The notes below the pieces were generated by a model that saw nothing but the letters and a program-made list of their open reading frames with translations, searched no databases and was not told the origin of the DNA. A stretch of 64,000 bases of DNA from Chrysomallon squamiferum (Eukaryota; Animalia; Mollusca). The DNA lies in NCBI GenBank assembly GCA_012295275.1, contig CM022669.1:3348001-3412000 (forward strand). The letters are read 5' to 3'. This document shows positions 28,860 to 44,310 of this stretch, piece by piece. The position numbers and the translations under genes are program-made. Position 1 is the stretch's first letter; each line of letters begins with the position of its first letter.

Positions 28860-29200
28860 GAGGTTATGAAATTATTATGATGAGCGAGGCGCTGGCTAGA
28901 CGGGTGTGTTTGCTCGGCGGCGCAGGGGGTCGGCGCGCGCGCGCGTCACAAAACGAGGCGGTTGGAAATACACGACTGAGAGCAGCAAACTGTCGCCTTT
29001 AGGTGTTACGCGGCAGGTACTGTTTGTGCCATGCCAAGTTCGACTGGTACTAGAATTGTGTTGTAGCTGATGCTATCAATGTGGTCGGTTTGGTAATTAT
29101 TTCTATAAACAGGCCGATCACGTCGACGCGTTCTGCGCGACAGACTGACACGACAACTGCCCTGATGTTGCAAAATTTTATTTTCAGCCTTCGACGATGA
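28860..29200. promoter_or_regulatory. CpG-rich island, candidate cis-regulatory element
   Basis: Among the most GC/CpG-rich segments of the window, including (CG)6 at 28934-28945. No credible ORF. Confidence 0.4.
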
Positions 29201-29234
29201 CACTTGAACAATTAGAAGAGTTGAAATTTAATAA

Positions 29235-29555
29235 TACAAATATTCAGTTAACAAGTCAAACAGACTGACTTTTTATTTTTTTGCCTATTCTCGATTAACT
29301 ATTTGACATTTCTTTAAACCGTTGAAGGTTTCTTTCAGACACATTTTTCAAATATCTTGCATGTCAGCGAATATAATAGTAACGACAAAAAATATTCAAT
29401 GGATAAGTCAAACAAACTCAGACATTTTCTATACAGTCCGCCAGATAATACAGAGTCATATACTACAGTTCTAGCACTTCGACATGAAAACTTTATTCAC
29501 AACGTTGAGTATGTCAGCGGATATATTATATAAATATTCAGTTAGTAAGTCAATA
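29235..29555. repeat. Old tandem triplication, about 150-bp period
   Basis: AAATATTCA...AAGTCAA recurs near 29238, 29390 and 29533. ATGTCAGCG occurs at 29361 and 29511. Confidence 0.55.
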
Positions 29556-29807
29556 TCTTTAGCCATTAAGGTACACTGTAAGGTTAAGTACGTTTGTCAT
29601 AGACGCATCATCCACTATCAGTAGTAGTAGTGTAATAGTAATAGTAGTAGTATTGTTGTTGCTGTTGTTGTGGTTATTGTTAATTCAGTTCTCAGTTTGT
29701 TTTCAATAATACTTAATAATTTTACAAAGTAATATGTTTTTAATAGACGCTTTTTGTTTTAAAATAATATACATGGATACATATATACACACATACAAAC
29801 ACAGACA

Positions 29808-29846
<39 letters not shown>

Positions 29847-30137
29847 ATGTTTGCCACGCTTGGGTGAGTGTTTGTGTCAATATACGTGTATATAGATAGA
29901 CAGATAGACAGACAGGCAGTCAGACAATAATGCTTATTATACGTAATGTATTATTTTAATTGTACTTACAAATCAAAAGAAGGACAAATCAAAAGAACTT
30001 AAAGAAACAGAAATAAATCAATAACGATCGAAATGAAAGCAGAAAGAAAGAGAAGAATAATGGAAGAAAGAAGTAAGAGCCACCAAAAAACGATTATAAT
30101 AATTTATAATTTAGTAACAGTGAATTTTTCTACATGT

Positions 30138-30188
<51 letters not shown>

Positions 30189-30226
30189 TGATGTAAAATA
30201 ATAATGATGATGATGGTGATGATAAA

Positions 30227-30363
30227 ATAAAAGAGTTAATAATAACAGAACACGTTAGATAAAAGAGTTAATAATAACAGAACACGTTAGATAAAAGAGT
30301 TAATAATAACAGAACACGTTAGATAAAAGAGTTAATAATAACAGAACACGTTAGATAAAAGAG
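30227..30363. repeat. Perfect 32-bp tandem repeat, 4.3 copies
   Basis: ATAAAAGAGTTAATAATAACAGAACACGTTAG at 30227, 30259, 30291 and 30323, plus a partial copy. Confidence 0.95.
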
Positions 30364-33300
30364 CATAAAACACGGATGTCAACACTGCGATAATCCACTT
30401 GGATAATCCCATTCTACGTCGATAAAGAACTTTCCGACAAGATGTCAACAGTTGAAGAGAGGGGGCTGATAAGCAGTCGTACACAAAGAGCTTATAGCCG
30501 CCGTGTCAACTCGCGCTGCAAGGAAAAGAAATTTCTCTGACAGTTTTATCTTGTAAACTGTATTTGAAGAGCTTTTAATTGGCGAGAGTGTGTAAACGAT
30601 TGCACAGGTTATTTCTGATAGGAATTTTGTTACCTGCGCTGTGACGTAATAGCAGTCGATAAGAAAGTATTTTGATCGAGACTGAGGTTTCCGGATGTGA
30701 ATGCAAAGCTATCTTTCTTTATTGTGTTTTACAGAATTAGAAAAAGATATATTTTTTCGGATAAACTATAATAAATGAATAGTTCTACAGCAAGCATCAG
30801 AAGGATGTAAACGGTACAGATGTATTTAGTTATGTTGGTGTGTAAAATTTAAATCGTTTTTAAATAATTTTTCATAATTTAAAAATATTCTTGAACTGTT
30901 ACAAATAATATTACTCGAGATAGAATGATCCGATCTGTACCTACATTATGGAAAAACTTGTTTTGAATTTTTTAAGATAAAAGAGGCGAAAAGAAATTTG
31001 AGATAGAAAGGAACTGTTTATTTTTATTTTTCAGTTATTGACTCAGGTGAAACAAGACTCGCTAATTTTTCGCGGTCGATATTGAAATAATTCATTTCGA
31101 GATTAAAATTTAATATAATAAATTTTGTCATCTGCTCGTATGTGGTTGACTGCAAGCGGACCCCGTGCTGCGCTGCCTGTGGTGTGTTGACAGGCCGCAG
31201 GGCACCAGTCTATGGACTCGAATACCTGGAACAAACATGGCGGCTGGTTGAATAGCAGTCGTCATTCATGCCGTAAGTGTATTCTTTCATCAGCTGACTT
31301 GTTCCACTTTTGGGTCTATTCAGAACAATGATACTTGTCGCACGTTCGTGGCCTCGTGCACGCGGCACGTGCTGGCTTTGACCCAACACGAACGCGTGTA
31401 AAACTGGGACTCCTTTTGGTATAAATGTACACAAAAGACCATACTGCAACTATCGAATTAAGGAGTAAAAGAAAACACGAAAGTTATACAGGTCTGAAAA
31501 GAAACCCGGTCGTTCGTCACGTGAATGTCTGTGGCGCTTTACCCGTGTGTGGTTATTATTTCTCAATGTGCGGATTATCTCCACTGTTGCACGATTTACT
31601 GCATCTACTGTGAACATGTCTTCTCTCTTTTCTGAAATATTTCACATTGTTCTAAACACCACAGAGAGATTATCACAATAATGGGAAACTTACACCTGCA
31701 TATGCTGAAAAAAATGTGTCTATTATATTTTTTTTTCGAAAGAAAACATTTTTAACCTCGCTTTTTTTTTTTTTTTTTTTTTTTTTTTTCAGATTGCTCA
31801 AAAATAAAATGTTTTGAAATCACCAACGACAAAACATTTCTGTTTTAAAAATAAACTAAATTTTCGTAACTTGACGATTGTCAAATTTTAAATATGCCAT
31901 TATTTATCAATCCATTTATTAATCTGCGTGTGTGATGAAATTACATGTTTTTGTTTTTGTTTTGGTTCTCAAATTCATTATAATATTATTTTGAAATAAC
32001 AAAAGATTCAGTTATATTACTGGGATCGGCACTTTTATTTATGAGATAGCTGGAACCATCCCCCAAATCGATAAACGTGTCCTAGATCCTCCTTCAGAAA
32101 AATCATTTTGGTTTTAATAAATTATACATCTTCCACTTTGTTCAGATTACAAGTATTAACAGTGAAAACTGTTTTAGTTGTTTTTAACGAGACGTAGAAT
32201 TTCTCTGATCGCCTGGCAACACTTCTGAGCATTTGACTTAGATATTAATATTTATGTGCGTATATTTATACATATTATTGTGTACTGCTGTTTTATATAA
32301 TTATCATATAATAAAATTACAACAAAAACATATTTAAATATTAAACTAAATTTATTTATTTATTTATTCATTTTTATTTATTTATTTACTATTTGTTCGT
32401 TTATTTTATTCTAATTTACTGTTTAAAAGTAATTAAAATAAAAAATAAAATAACTAACTAATCATTGTCCTTTTCTTCTCATTTTTTACATTTCATTTTT
32501 ATCGTGCTTTTTGACAGCTCTTTGGATTCTTGTTAACACAATTCTATTGTTATAAAAATGACGTCATTACAGATATTGTTTTCCCACCTGCATCGTGGTT
32601 TATGTTTCAAATTATTTCACACTTATACATTATTAATCGACCGACATTTTAATTAAAAGCGCAGTAAAATTGCATCGCATCTCAGCCATTTCCTGTTGTG
32701 ATATAATTTCTTCATAAACGACAGAAAAAAAAAAAATGACAAAAGACGTATTTCACTGCTCATGTAATTAGCAATTAAAAAAATAAAAAAAAAAAAATTT
32801 CTGACTGATGTTAATACGCTTATGTAATTCAAACTGCTAATGAGAACACAATTTATTTTGTAATATTTTCTAAATCACTTATCGAATAGTAATAAACTAA
32901 AACCGGTAACAAAGAAGAACAAAAATTAAGTTAAATTAAATTAAAATAGATAGATAGACACATAGATAAAGAGATAAGTAGTAGTAGTAGTAATAATAAT
33001 AATAATAATAATAATAAATATAATAACAGTAATATTAATAATAAATACATAAATAAATAAATAAGTAAGAAAAAATATATATGTAAAGAAAAATAAATTA
33101 ATAAATAAATGCAACACTATTGAATGATGATGATCACGTGACGAGGCGTTTTGTTCCGGACAGGCGATGTCTGACGCGAGTGATGCGGCCGGTAACAACA
33201 GGAATGAGTAGAACCAGTCGTGTGTGTTATTACACCGATCAAACTATCGTGTTACGCTTTTATTTTAGCGCACATCAACATGTTTTTGTTTTATTGATAA

Positions 33301-33664
33301 ATAGCGGCAAGACGGCGACCAGTCGAGCGGTAAACAGAGTCTCGATAATGACTGGTTGTGCCCGCGTGCTGATTAATCAGAAATGACGGAAGTGAGTAAT
33401 GCTGTAAGACTTTGATCACTGACATGAAATAATGGCAAAACTCCACCTTTGTCCTCGCTAAAAAAAAAAAAAAAATTGAATTCTCTACAATAAATATGAA
33501 ACAAGTGATACGGACCCATAACAAACGACATGGACAGGACAATGCTTTTCTGTGTCACGTGTTTGATAATATTCAACTATTTATTTGCTAAACTTCGCCA
33601 TTAAAATGAAAATTATACAGTTTTGTTTCAGACAAACGTGAACTTAATAAAACCCTCAGGTAAC

Positions 33665-33713
<49 letters not shown>

Positions 33714-34610
33714 TTTGTTGTTGTTGTTGTTGTTATTATTGTTATTATTATTATTATTATTTTTGTTGTTGTTATTATTATTATTATTATTACTGTTGTT
33801 GTTAATATTATTATATTATTATTATTATTATTGTTGTTGTTGTTATTATTATCATTATTGTTATTATTTTTATTATTATTATTGTTAATATATATATATA
33901 TATATATATATTGCCGAGACAGATAATAATTACAATCTTGGAACACTATCCCCTGTTTTTGTTTTTTCTTTACAATAAAATTAATTTAGTCTTCAAAGTT
34001 TTATGCTTTACATTATTGACCCAGTTCCATCTGAAAGTTTGGATTCATCATTGTCTTCTGGTACAATTTGCAAAAATCTGATATTTATGATTCTGAAAAG
34101 ACTATCAGATAAAATAATAGCATCTTTCTATGACATGAATGAATTTATTTTTGTATTTTAACTAACTTTCACTTCAGCTTGACATAAACAATGTTAGTTA
34201 ATTAATAATTTATTTATTTATTCTGAAAACATCGTATTTAATTTAATCAAATAATTATATTAATTTTGAGAGATAGTTAATTTACACTTTATATATATTT
34301 TAAATTGAAATTCCGATTGAAACTCTGTAGCACATTTCAAATAATCGAGTAAGGTAATTGCATTGCTAGGCAAATGCTTATGACGTCATAATTAATTTTA
34401 GCGGCAGGAAAAGAAACCTAAAAACATCTTAGCCAGAAAGGTAATTTTATATTCTTGTTTTGTCTTACCTAATTCTCTGCTGTTTAAATTGTATCCGTTT
34501 TGTTACTATTATTATTGGTAGTACTGTTGATAGTACTCTTAAAGAAATTTCTGTATATATCTACACCAGATAGATATATCACTATCACATTTTAAATAAT
34601 ATTACTACTG

Positions 34611-34668
<58 letters not shown>

Positions 34669-35184
34669 TACTACTACTAGTACTACTATTACTACATCTA
34701 CTACTACTACTAGTACTACTATTATTACTACTACTACTACTTCTACTACTAGTAATAACAATGACAACAACAACAACAACAACAGTAATGATAATTATAA
34801 CAAAAATTAAAATAAATAAATAAATAATACAATAAAATAAAATATAAAATTCAAATAAAAAAACAAAAACAAATAAGCACACGAACAAACGAAGACTGAA
34901 ACAAACAAAAACAAATAAAATCAACAACAACAAAAATAAACAATAACTAAATATCTAACTAACTAACGAAATAACTAAATAAAAAAGTAAATAAATAAAT
35001 AATAATAATAAAAATAAATAAATAAATAAATAAACAAAAGAAAGAACATAAGTAATGACTATTTCTCCGATAACGACAAATAGATTTTATTCCCTTGTCG
35101 CATGGTATTACGTTAAAACATTTTTGTCGTATTTTGCTCTGTTAATGGGTTTGTGTGCAGTTTATATATATTAATATATACTTC

Positions 35185-35485
35185 GTATGATCCCATTTTT
35201 CACGACATGCTCTGTTTTGTCTGGAAATTAGGCACTGTGTATGAATTACAAAACACAAATTTAATTAATGTTTGTATAAATGTACGTATATATGTATGTA
35301 TATATATATATATATATATAGATATATATGTATATATATGTATGATCCCATTTTATATATATATATTTTTTTCACGACATGCTCTAGTTTCACTGGAAAT
35401 TAGGCACTGTGTATGAATTACTTATTTATTTATTTACTAAAATTTAATATAATGTTTGTATAAATGTACGTATATATGTATGTAT
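35185..35485. repeat. Local tandem duplication, two diverged copies
   Basis: GTATGATCCCATTTT...CACGACATGCTCT...CTGGAAATTAGGCACTGTGTATGAATTAC...AATGTTTGTATAAATGTACGTAT begins at 35185 and again at 35340. Confidence 0.85.
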
Positions 35486-35500
35486 CCGTGCATGTATGTT

Positions 35501-35535
<35 letters not shown>

Positions 35536-36257
35536 GTGTTATGTCTCAATATATATATTTATGTATTTTATATATATATATATATATATTTGTTTATTTA
35601 TTTATTTATTTATTTATTTATATGTGTGTGTGTTTGTATGTATCATATGTGTGTATACATACACATACACACACTCATACACACACACACACACACATAA
35701 ACACACAAACAAACATACACAGACACCACAGATACATGTATATTTTTATACATAAGATCATTTGGTTCACTTTTCCACCCCAAAAGCTTTTAGGCATTAA
35801 ATATCTTCGTAAATGATAAAATACGAAACTGACGGAATCAAGCAAGTTCATTCATTTGTTTGAAAGCTAAGTCAAATAAGTGCTGCAGGCATTTGTTACC
35901 TTGTCCACTGACCATCAACCACCGCAAACGGACAATAACCAGACTGTCGAAGCGTGAAGATGACCAGTGTCCAAGCACTGTTCTAATCGACATGATGGCC
36001 ATTAACTGACCATTAGCCCGTTGCATCTTTATCACACCCGTAATGGGCTTGTTCGCTGATTAAGTACAAAGTGTTCTTGCCGCAGCCACCCGCGGGTTGT
36101 CGCGTGCGAGTTTTACTGTTGCGGCTAGCAAACTGTTACACGTCAAACACTGCGAGTAGAAGTTTTCAGTACACCCTGCAAGATGTTCACCGTGTAATGA
36201 AAGAATGGCCTTTTAGTTCTGTGATATGTACGGAAAAAGTATTTGCATGACATAGAA

Positions 36258-36258
36258 C

Positions 36259-36336
<78 letters not shown>

Positions 36337-36379
36337 TACAGAGACAGAGAGCGACAGACAGACAGACAAAGAGAGAGAC

Positions 36380-36410
<31 letters not shown>

Positions 36411-36654
36411 GACAGAGAGAGAGGCAGACAGACAGAGATAGAGAGCGAGAGAGAGAGACAGACAGACAGACAGAGAGCGACAGAGCGAGACAGACAGACA
36501 GACAGAGAGAGACAGACAGACAGAAAGAGAGAGACAGACAGAGAGAGGCAGACAGACAGAGATAGAGAGCGAGAGAGACAGACAGAGAGCGACAGAGCGA
36601 GACAGACAGACAGACAGAGAGAGACAGACAGACAGAAAGAGAGAGACAGACAGA

Positions 36655-36744
<90 letters not shown>
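36258..36744. repeat. Compound (AG)n/(ACAG)n microsatellite
   Basis: Directly visible. Source of the ERER/LSLS ORFs. Confidence 0.95.
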
Positions 36745-36747
<3 letters not shown>

Positions 36748-37618
36748 TTTGTGTCATAGAGAGAATGAGAGACCGAGACTGAGAAAAACAGATTCAAATG
36801 CAGAAAGAGAAGAAGAAAACAAAAGTCAGTGGGAGAGCAAGATAAAGTTTATGAAAATAACAATAATAATGATAAGAACATAAACATTAATAAAAGAAAT
36901 ATGATGGTTTTGCCTGTAGATTCAATGATAATAATACTAAGAAAACGCAACATCTTTTTACGTCCTAATTTTTTATAAATTAGTAAAATTCATAAATATT
37001 TGATTTTGAATCTCTGTACATTATAACGTAAGGAAAAATTAAATGTGAAAAAAAAAAAAAAAAAAATTAAATTAAATAAATCTAATAATATTTAATAATG
37101 ATATGATGTAAAGATACTTCGCCATGTTAAATCAAAACATCACCATTCATTAAGAAAAAGAATTTAAAAAAAAAATCACCACCTTCACTATTTGAAGTCA
37201 GTGAAAACAATGGCTTATTTCGAATATGTACAATTTATGTGACACTTAATAATATATTTACGTACACTTCCAATCTTTTTAACACAACAGCGAGGGCTTT
37301 TAAGGAAATAACTGTATGTTCGTCTGAAGGTTGCCATGGAAACTAGCCATAAAAGCATAAGCTGATACCATAACGGTCCGTACTTTCTGTATTCTGTCCC
37401 AGCGGAGAGGCCAAAAGATCAATAAGCTTTAGATGTCGACGTGTTTACGACAGCGCCCTGTTTTCTGTTCATATCTGTTCTTGTAGCCTCGGAGGCGTGG
37501 CTGGTTTTATTACGTTATCTGCGAGTATCTGAGAAACATCTGAGCTCAGTTAAATCACATTTATAGGCTGCTTTATTATTAACCATACACAAGTTTAAAA
37601 GCATTTATTTCGTTTGCA

Positions 37619-37649
<31 letters not shown>

Positions 37650-37702
37650 ATTTATTATATCTGATGTCGTAGATTTTTCGTTCATTATTATTATTAGTAG
37701 TA

Positions 37703-37735
<33 letters not shown>

Positions 37736-38289
37736 ATAAGAGAAATAATAATAATATATAAAATAATAATAATAATAATAATAATAATATATAAAATAAC
37801 AACAATAATAATAATAATAATAATAATAATGATGATGATGATGATGATGATGATGATAATAACAACAACAACAACAACAACAATACAACTAAAAAAATAA
37901 ATTAATTTTAATATCTAACCAAGTAGTAGTAGCCTCAACAGCAGCATCATTAGTGATTGCAGGAGTAGTAGCAGTAGCAGTAGCAGCAGTAGTAGTTGTG
38001 GTGTTAGTGGTAATAGTAGTAACACTAATATTAGCAATAACGAGAATACAAATATTTTATATGAACGATTTGTTATAACAAAACTAAATGTCACCATCAA
38101 AGAAATGTCAAAACCTGTCTTCTATTAGAATTACTCTTTTATTCTTATTCTTATTCTTGTTGTTGTTGTTTATGTTGCTGATGTTGTTGTTGTTAATAAA
38201 AATAATCTTGTCAAACGTTTATTATTACTGACGTAATTTTCTGAAAAAGATTTTGTTTTTGAAATATTTTATGTCGTTGTTGTTGTTGT

Positions 38290-38343
<54 letters not shown>

Positions 38344-38346
38344 TAC

Positions 38347-38382
<36 letters not shown>

Positions 38383-39389
38383 GAATATCATATTTATATA
38401 ACAAAGGTCAGAAACATAAACGAACAAATATATAACAAATGATTGATAGGTTATCGATTTCTAATAATTTCATTCCATTTACTAAACATAACAAAACATT
38501 TTTTATTTTTCTTGTTTAGTTATTCCAGACGTATTGAAATGTAACTTGATATTTATAGAGTGTTAGAAACAAAATATAAAATGAAAATATTCGATTAAAG
38601 GAGTCGAAAAAATTGTTTGAAAATTGAAATTTTTTAAAATTATTAATTATTATTATTATTATTGATGTTGATGTTGTTGTTGTTGTTGTTATTATTATTA
38701 TTATTACTGCTGTCGGATAATCATTATTCTATACTTTATTATACGGATTTTATACTCAATCTAAAATTTAATAATATCTTGTAGAGATTTACAAAATTAA
38801 TTTAACATATAAATGTTCTCAACCAATAGTAATCTCTTTGAAAACTGACGTCATTTCTGTGTTAATAAGTTATGACTGACTACATAATTAATCGCTCTTT
38901 TTTTCTTTCAGTATTTTGCGGCTACGATCTCTTACTATTGACGTCATTTCCTGTTAATATCTTGCGGGTAAGTTAATGATTGCTGCGTCGTTTTCAAATA
39001 TTTTGTCACATTATTGCTCACGTTATTTTCTATTATTATTTTGTGACTAAAACATATCATAAATAAATTTATTTTCTACAAAAAATTTGTGGCTAAGCTG
39101 TGTTATTATATACGAGATTTTCTGCAAATGTGTTTGTGAATGAAATATTTTAGCAGTAATGTTATTTTCTCCTAATATTTGTTGCTATTGTGCTCATATT
39201 TTGAATAAAAATATTTGTGCTGACGTCATTGCTTTCTTACTTTTTTTTTTTTTATTTGCTATTTCGTGGCTAAAATATATTTTAATGTTATTTTCTGTTA
39301 GTGTATTTTATGGAGAATGTATAATAATATTTCTCTTACAATTTAACAACAACAATAACAACAACAACAATAATAATAATAACAACAAC

Positions 39390-39443
<54 letters not shown>

Positions 39444-39760
39444 AATAAATATATAAATAAATAACAATAACAATCATAATAATTTTTAAAATAAGTTTTA
39501 GTTAACCATAAATAAATGGATAAATATATTTTTCTTTTTTTTTTTTTTTTTCAGATTTCTTACGTTGTTATGAGAAATACTTATTTTAAACAGTCATTCA
39601 ATAGAATGGAAATAAATTTGGTAAAGTTATTTTTCAGAGAGATGAAGAAAATGGTCAATGGAAATTTAATACATTTTCACCGTTATTTGTTCTCATGAAT
39701 TTGATATTATACAATACAATACAATACAAAATAATAATAGTATTCCATGTATCTGATTCA

Positions 39761-39869
<109 letters not shown>

Positions 39870-42800
39870 GTTTTTATACGTGTTGTTGTTGATGGTGTTA
39901 ACTAAAGTAAATTATTATCCTTTTTGCTTGTGGATTTTAATTTTTATTAAATAATTTAATTTTACTTTAACTGACTTTTTTTTTTTTTCAAGCAGCATTT
40001 TAATATGGTATTTATTTCATTTTCCTGCGTTTCTTCAAAATAAAGAGAAAAATCATGTTTGTGTTTTAAACAAAATAAAATAAAGTTTATTACATATATC
40101 TACTGTATTCCACTGTCATGAACTGATGGCATACGCTTTATTAAATTTAATTTATTTTAATTTTAATTTTAATTTTAATTTTAATTTTAATTTTAATAAT
40201 TTTAATTTTTTTATTTTGTTATTATGTTTTTATTTTAATTTTTAAAAATTATTTTAATATATATATATGTTAATGTCTGTTTAAAATGAAGTAAATAAAA
40301 ATAAATAAATATATAAATAAATAAATAATTAAATAATACAATTTTACAGACGCGTACAGCAGATTTAATTTCTGAAAGATTAGTAAATGCTTGAAAAGAC
40401 ATTGAAGATAATAATATTTGCATAAGCAAAGTATTTCTGTGAAAACTCCACTTTTTAGTTTATTAGAAATATATGTTTGTGTGTCTGTACGTGTGTGTAA
40501 ATTATTGTCATCGGCAATGTATAATACTCAGTCAAGTAACATCATCGTCATCGTCATCATTAACGTTATTAACATGATAATCGTCATTATCATTATTATT
40601 ATTATTATTATTAGTTTAAATTATCAGTTCAGGTTAAGATATTCTGTTTGTAAAACAATTAATAACTATGAATCTTAATACATTATTAAGTTATGATCCT
40701 GATTTAGAGAAATACATGACTAATTTCTTAGAAATAATAGAAATGTATTATATATATAAATATATACACACACACATATATATATCTATATATATAATAT
40801 ACACACACAAACACACACATAAAAGTACTGAAGAAGTCAGAATAATAAAAAAAAAAAAAAAAAAAAAGATCTGAAAAAACTGGATATGCTTTGTTAACTG
40901 CTAAAATAAAATTATCATAATCTGTTAATATTAATTAAATACTGAATTCTGAAAAACAGGTAACATACTTGCGAAAGGGTCCTTGTTAAATTTGATAATT
41001 CTATATAGTATTACGACAAAATATCTTAATATGGGGCAATCATAATCAAAAGAAATCAGAAGAAAAAATTTCTGGGTTGAACTATTTAACAAAGAAAGCA
41101 GTAAACTTCATTCTGCCAAGACATTGCAGATTATCCTAATAAACATGAAATTTGTTCTAAATATTGGAAATGTTACTCCTTGTCATTTAGAAAACAGAGA
41201 TGTCAGCAGTAAAAATGCAAAGCTAGATACAATTTTAGATATTTTGCATGAAAAGCTGTAACAAACATTTAATGATTCGCTGGTTAAGGAAGGAAAATTA
41301 ATACAAAAATCGTTCGGCAACAAAATCTCTGTATTAAAATGAAGCATTCATTTTTATTATGACATTAGAACAAACGTGCTATCCTTTTAATATAAATATT
41401 TTTATTAACTTCGTGGGGTGAGGTTTGCTGTGATAGTTATTATTTGTTTTCTGGAAGGTGCTAAAAAAAAAATGAAAAGAAAAGAAATGAACAATGATAT
41501 CTGAAATTTTTTCTTTTCACCCATGTTGAAAATACAGTGAAACCTGAATTTAACGGACTTTTTTGAACTGCATTTATTAAAAAGTGGTGTAGCTGTGATG
41601 AATGGGGGTGTAGGTAAGCATCCTCCCATTCAAACATGAATGCATTTAAAGAACACTTACTTAGGCAGAGAAATCAACAAAAGACCAGAGTTTACGAGAG
41701 ATGTTTAACTTACATTTATTTTTTTTTTCTGATAAGGAAAAGTCGCCTCGTGCAATCAATAGCGTATAGTACAGATTGTAGTTTATGTACAGAGGATTTC
41801 TTTTTTTCATAATAAATAAATATATCAGAAATATGTATAACAGGCTTAAACCATTATATACGAATGTGAAAATGTTTTAGTTATAATCGTGCAGAATTAC
41901 AAGCCAGTTATTTTATCGCATGACGATCAAACTGTGGTGCGAGACCTAAGTCGTCTTACCTGAGCACTTCTCGCCTCACTGCAGCTATTTCCTGAAGAGC
42001 TCTATCAGTGTTTGTAAACTAGGGCCGAGGTCCCAAGTCGTTGGCGCCGTTTGTATACGTTTCTCGGCAAGTGCTGTCGGCAAGACACGAAGTATGCGCA
42101 CCCCAGCCTCACAATACTTGCTCAATCCACCGGCAAAACAAGCCAAGTGTGTGGGAAGTAGTTCTTCTGACTAAACGATCAAACAAACGAATTCATATCC
42201 GTCAAACAAGCAGAGAAATTTATAATCCAAACTTTGAAACTTTCTTTACTCGCTCGTCCTGGTCCTGGTGGGTGCGTGGCACAGTTGACAGGCAAAGACG
42301 TAAACATCGTGTCGGTCTGTACATCCGTGTAGCGTTTTCTTTCTGTAACATGAAAAATCATGTTTTCGCTTTCCAGGCTAAACGGTATATAAGACGCTTT
42401 GGGATCAGGTGAAACTTGACAAATATCTCCTGACTTATTGGTTTTGAAGTCAGTAAAAAAAAAAAAACTCTTCCGACTGATATAACTGTATCATTATAAA
42501 ACTAAATAAGTAAGAAGTAAGTAAACTTCTCGCGAAAACTCTACGTTATTTGATTATCTCGTAAAAGAAAGATAAAAGCAGCAGATGTCACTTTCTTGAA
42601 GCAGAAATGAAAATTAGTGTGAGATTTGCGTGATTCTTCAGCTTTTATCCCCACAAAAGCAAAGATCTGCTTGTAAAAAAAAAATAAATAAAAATAAAAC
42701 AAGGACAGAATCTGACAAAGCAGAGCGAGGGGCTTACAGACCAAATTGTGGCAGTCCTCTTACTGCAGTGTACGCCATTTAGAGAAAATTGAAAACAGAC

Positions 42801-43303
42801 AGGCAAAAACATGCGACATTTATTTGAGAGTTTAGTGTTTGTAATATTAATATAGATAATGTATTAAAGTGAATCGCATAAAGTGGGGAGTATCAAATGT
42901 GGCTACTTTTGATGTCATCGGAGAAGCTGAAGTCTCGAGAGCCACGCATCACGAGAGACCTGAGAGAATTTCGCGCTAGAAATTTAGTTAATGGACGAAT
43001 TTTGATACGGAAATGCGTTCCTCTCTCAAGAGATTGATGGACTTAGCTCATATTGATTCGTGGCGTAACATATGCGGGGATCTTCCAATTTATCAAATGC
43101 ATTATTCTCTGACGAATTTTTGGCTCTGTCCTGCTTTAGAGTAATGTCGTCTGTGACTTATTTTCCTAAGTGCACCTTCGCGTTATAACGAATTAGGATC
43201 ATTTACTTTTTTGTGGGGAAAGCATTATTATTAAAAAAAAAAAAAAAAAAAAAGAAATACAGAACAAAAGAGAGAGACGAGGCAGAGAGAAAAAAAGCCA
43301 TCA

Positions 43304-43395
<92 letters not shown>

Positions 43396-43502
43396 AACAT
43401 TGCTAAACGTTAGATGCAATCTTTTATTATTTATATTTGCAGTACTTTTATTGCATGGATTAAATTTGTTAGCAAAATAAATAAATAAATAAATAAAGCG
43501 TA

Positions 43503-43541
<39 letters not shown>

Positions 43542-43594
43542 CATAATGTTTTAATTTTCCATTTAATTAATTTTATTATTTATTTATTTATTAC

Positions 43595-43628
<34 letters not shown>

Positions 43629-43703
43629 CTATCAATATTAGGAAGTATATATTTGAAATATATTTTACTATTATCTTTTCTTATTTTTTTTCTTTTTTTT
43701 TTT

Positions 43704-43761
<58 letters not shown>

Positions 43762-44076
43762 TTTTCTTTTCTGTTTAAAATTCATTGATAGCAGTCTTCA
43801 CCGAAAATTGGAAAAGAAAATAAATAAATATACAAATAAATAAAAAAGAAAACACCATAATAAAGAGAAGAAAAGGAAAACATCTGTAATTCCGTTTTGA
43901 TTATCCGAAAAGGAATTCAGAGGCAAATGGAAGGAAATCGTCTCCTTTCTACAAAACGTTAGGGTTGTCTTTGATTTTTAGAATAGTTTTCAAAAAAACG
44001 TTTTCAAATGAAAAAGGGTTAATTCCAACTTTGTTTTACATCTCAAGTTCGTAAAAATCCAAATCATCTCATCATC

Positions 44077-44077
<1 letters not shown>

Positions 44078-44146
<69 letters not shown>

Positions 44147-44310
44147 TATTATTATTATTATTATTTTATTATTATTATTATTATTATTTTATTATTATTA
44201 TTATTATTATTATTTTGTTATTATTATTATTTTATTATTATTATTATTATTATTATTTTTGTTATTATTATTATTTTATTATTATTTTATTATTTTTATT
44301 ATTATTGTTT
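44078..44310. repeat. (ATC)n/(ATT)n microsatellite
   Basis: Directly visible. Confidence 0.9.

Noticed and set aside
41111-41212. Cys-containing peptide FCQDIADYPNKHEICSKYWKCYSLSFRKQRCQQ, vaguely chitin-binding-like
   Set aside because: Bounded by stops, with no convincing splice sites or partner exons. Probably chance or a decayed element.
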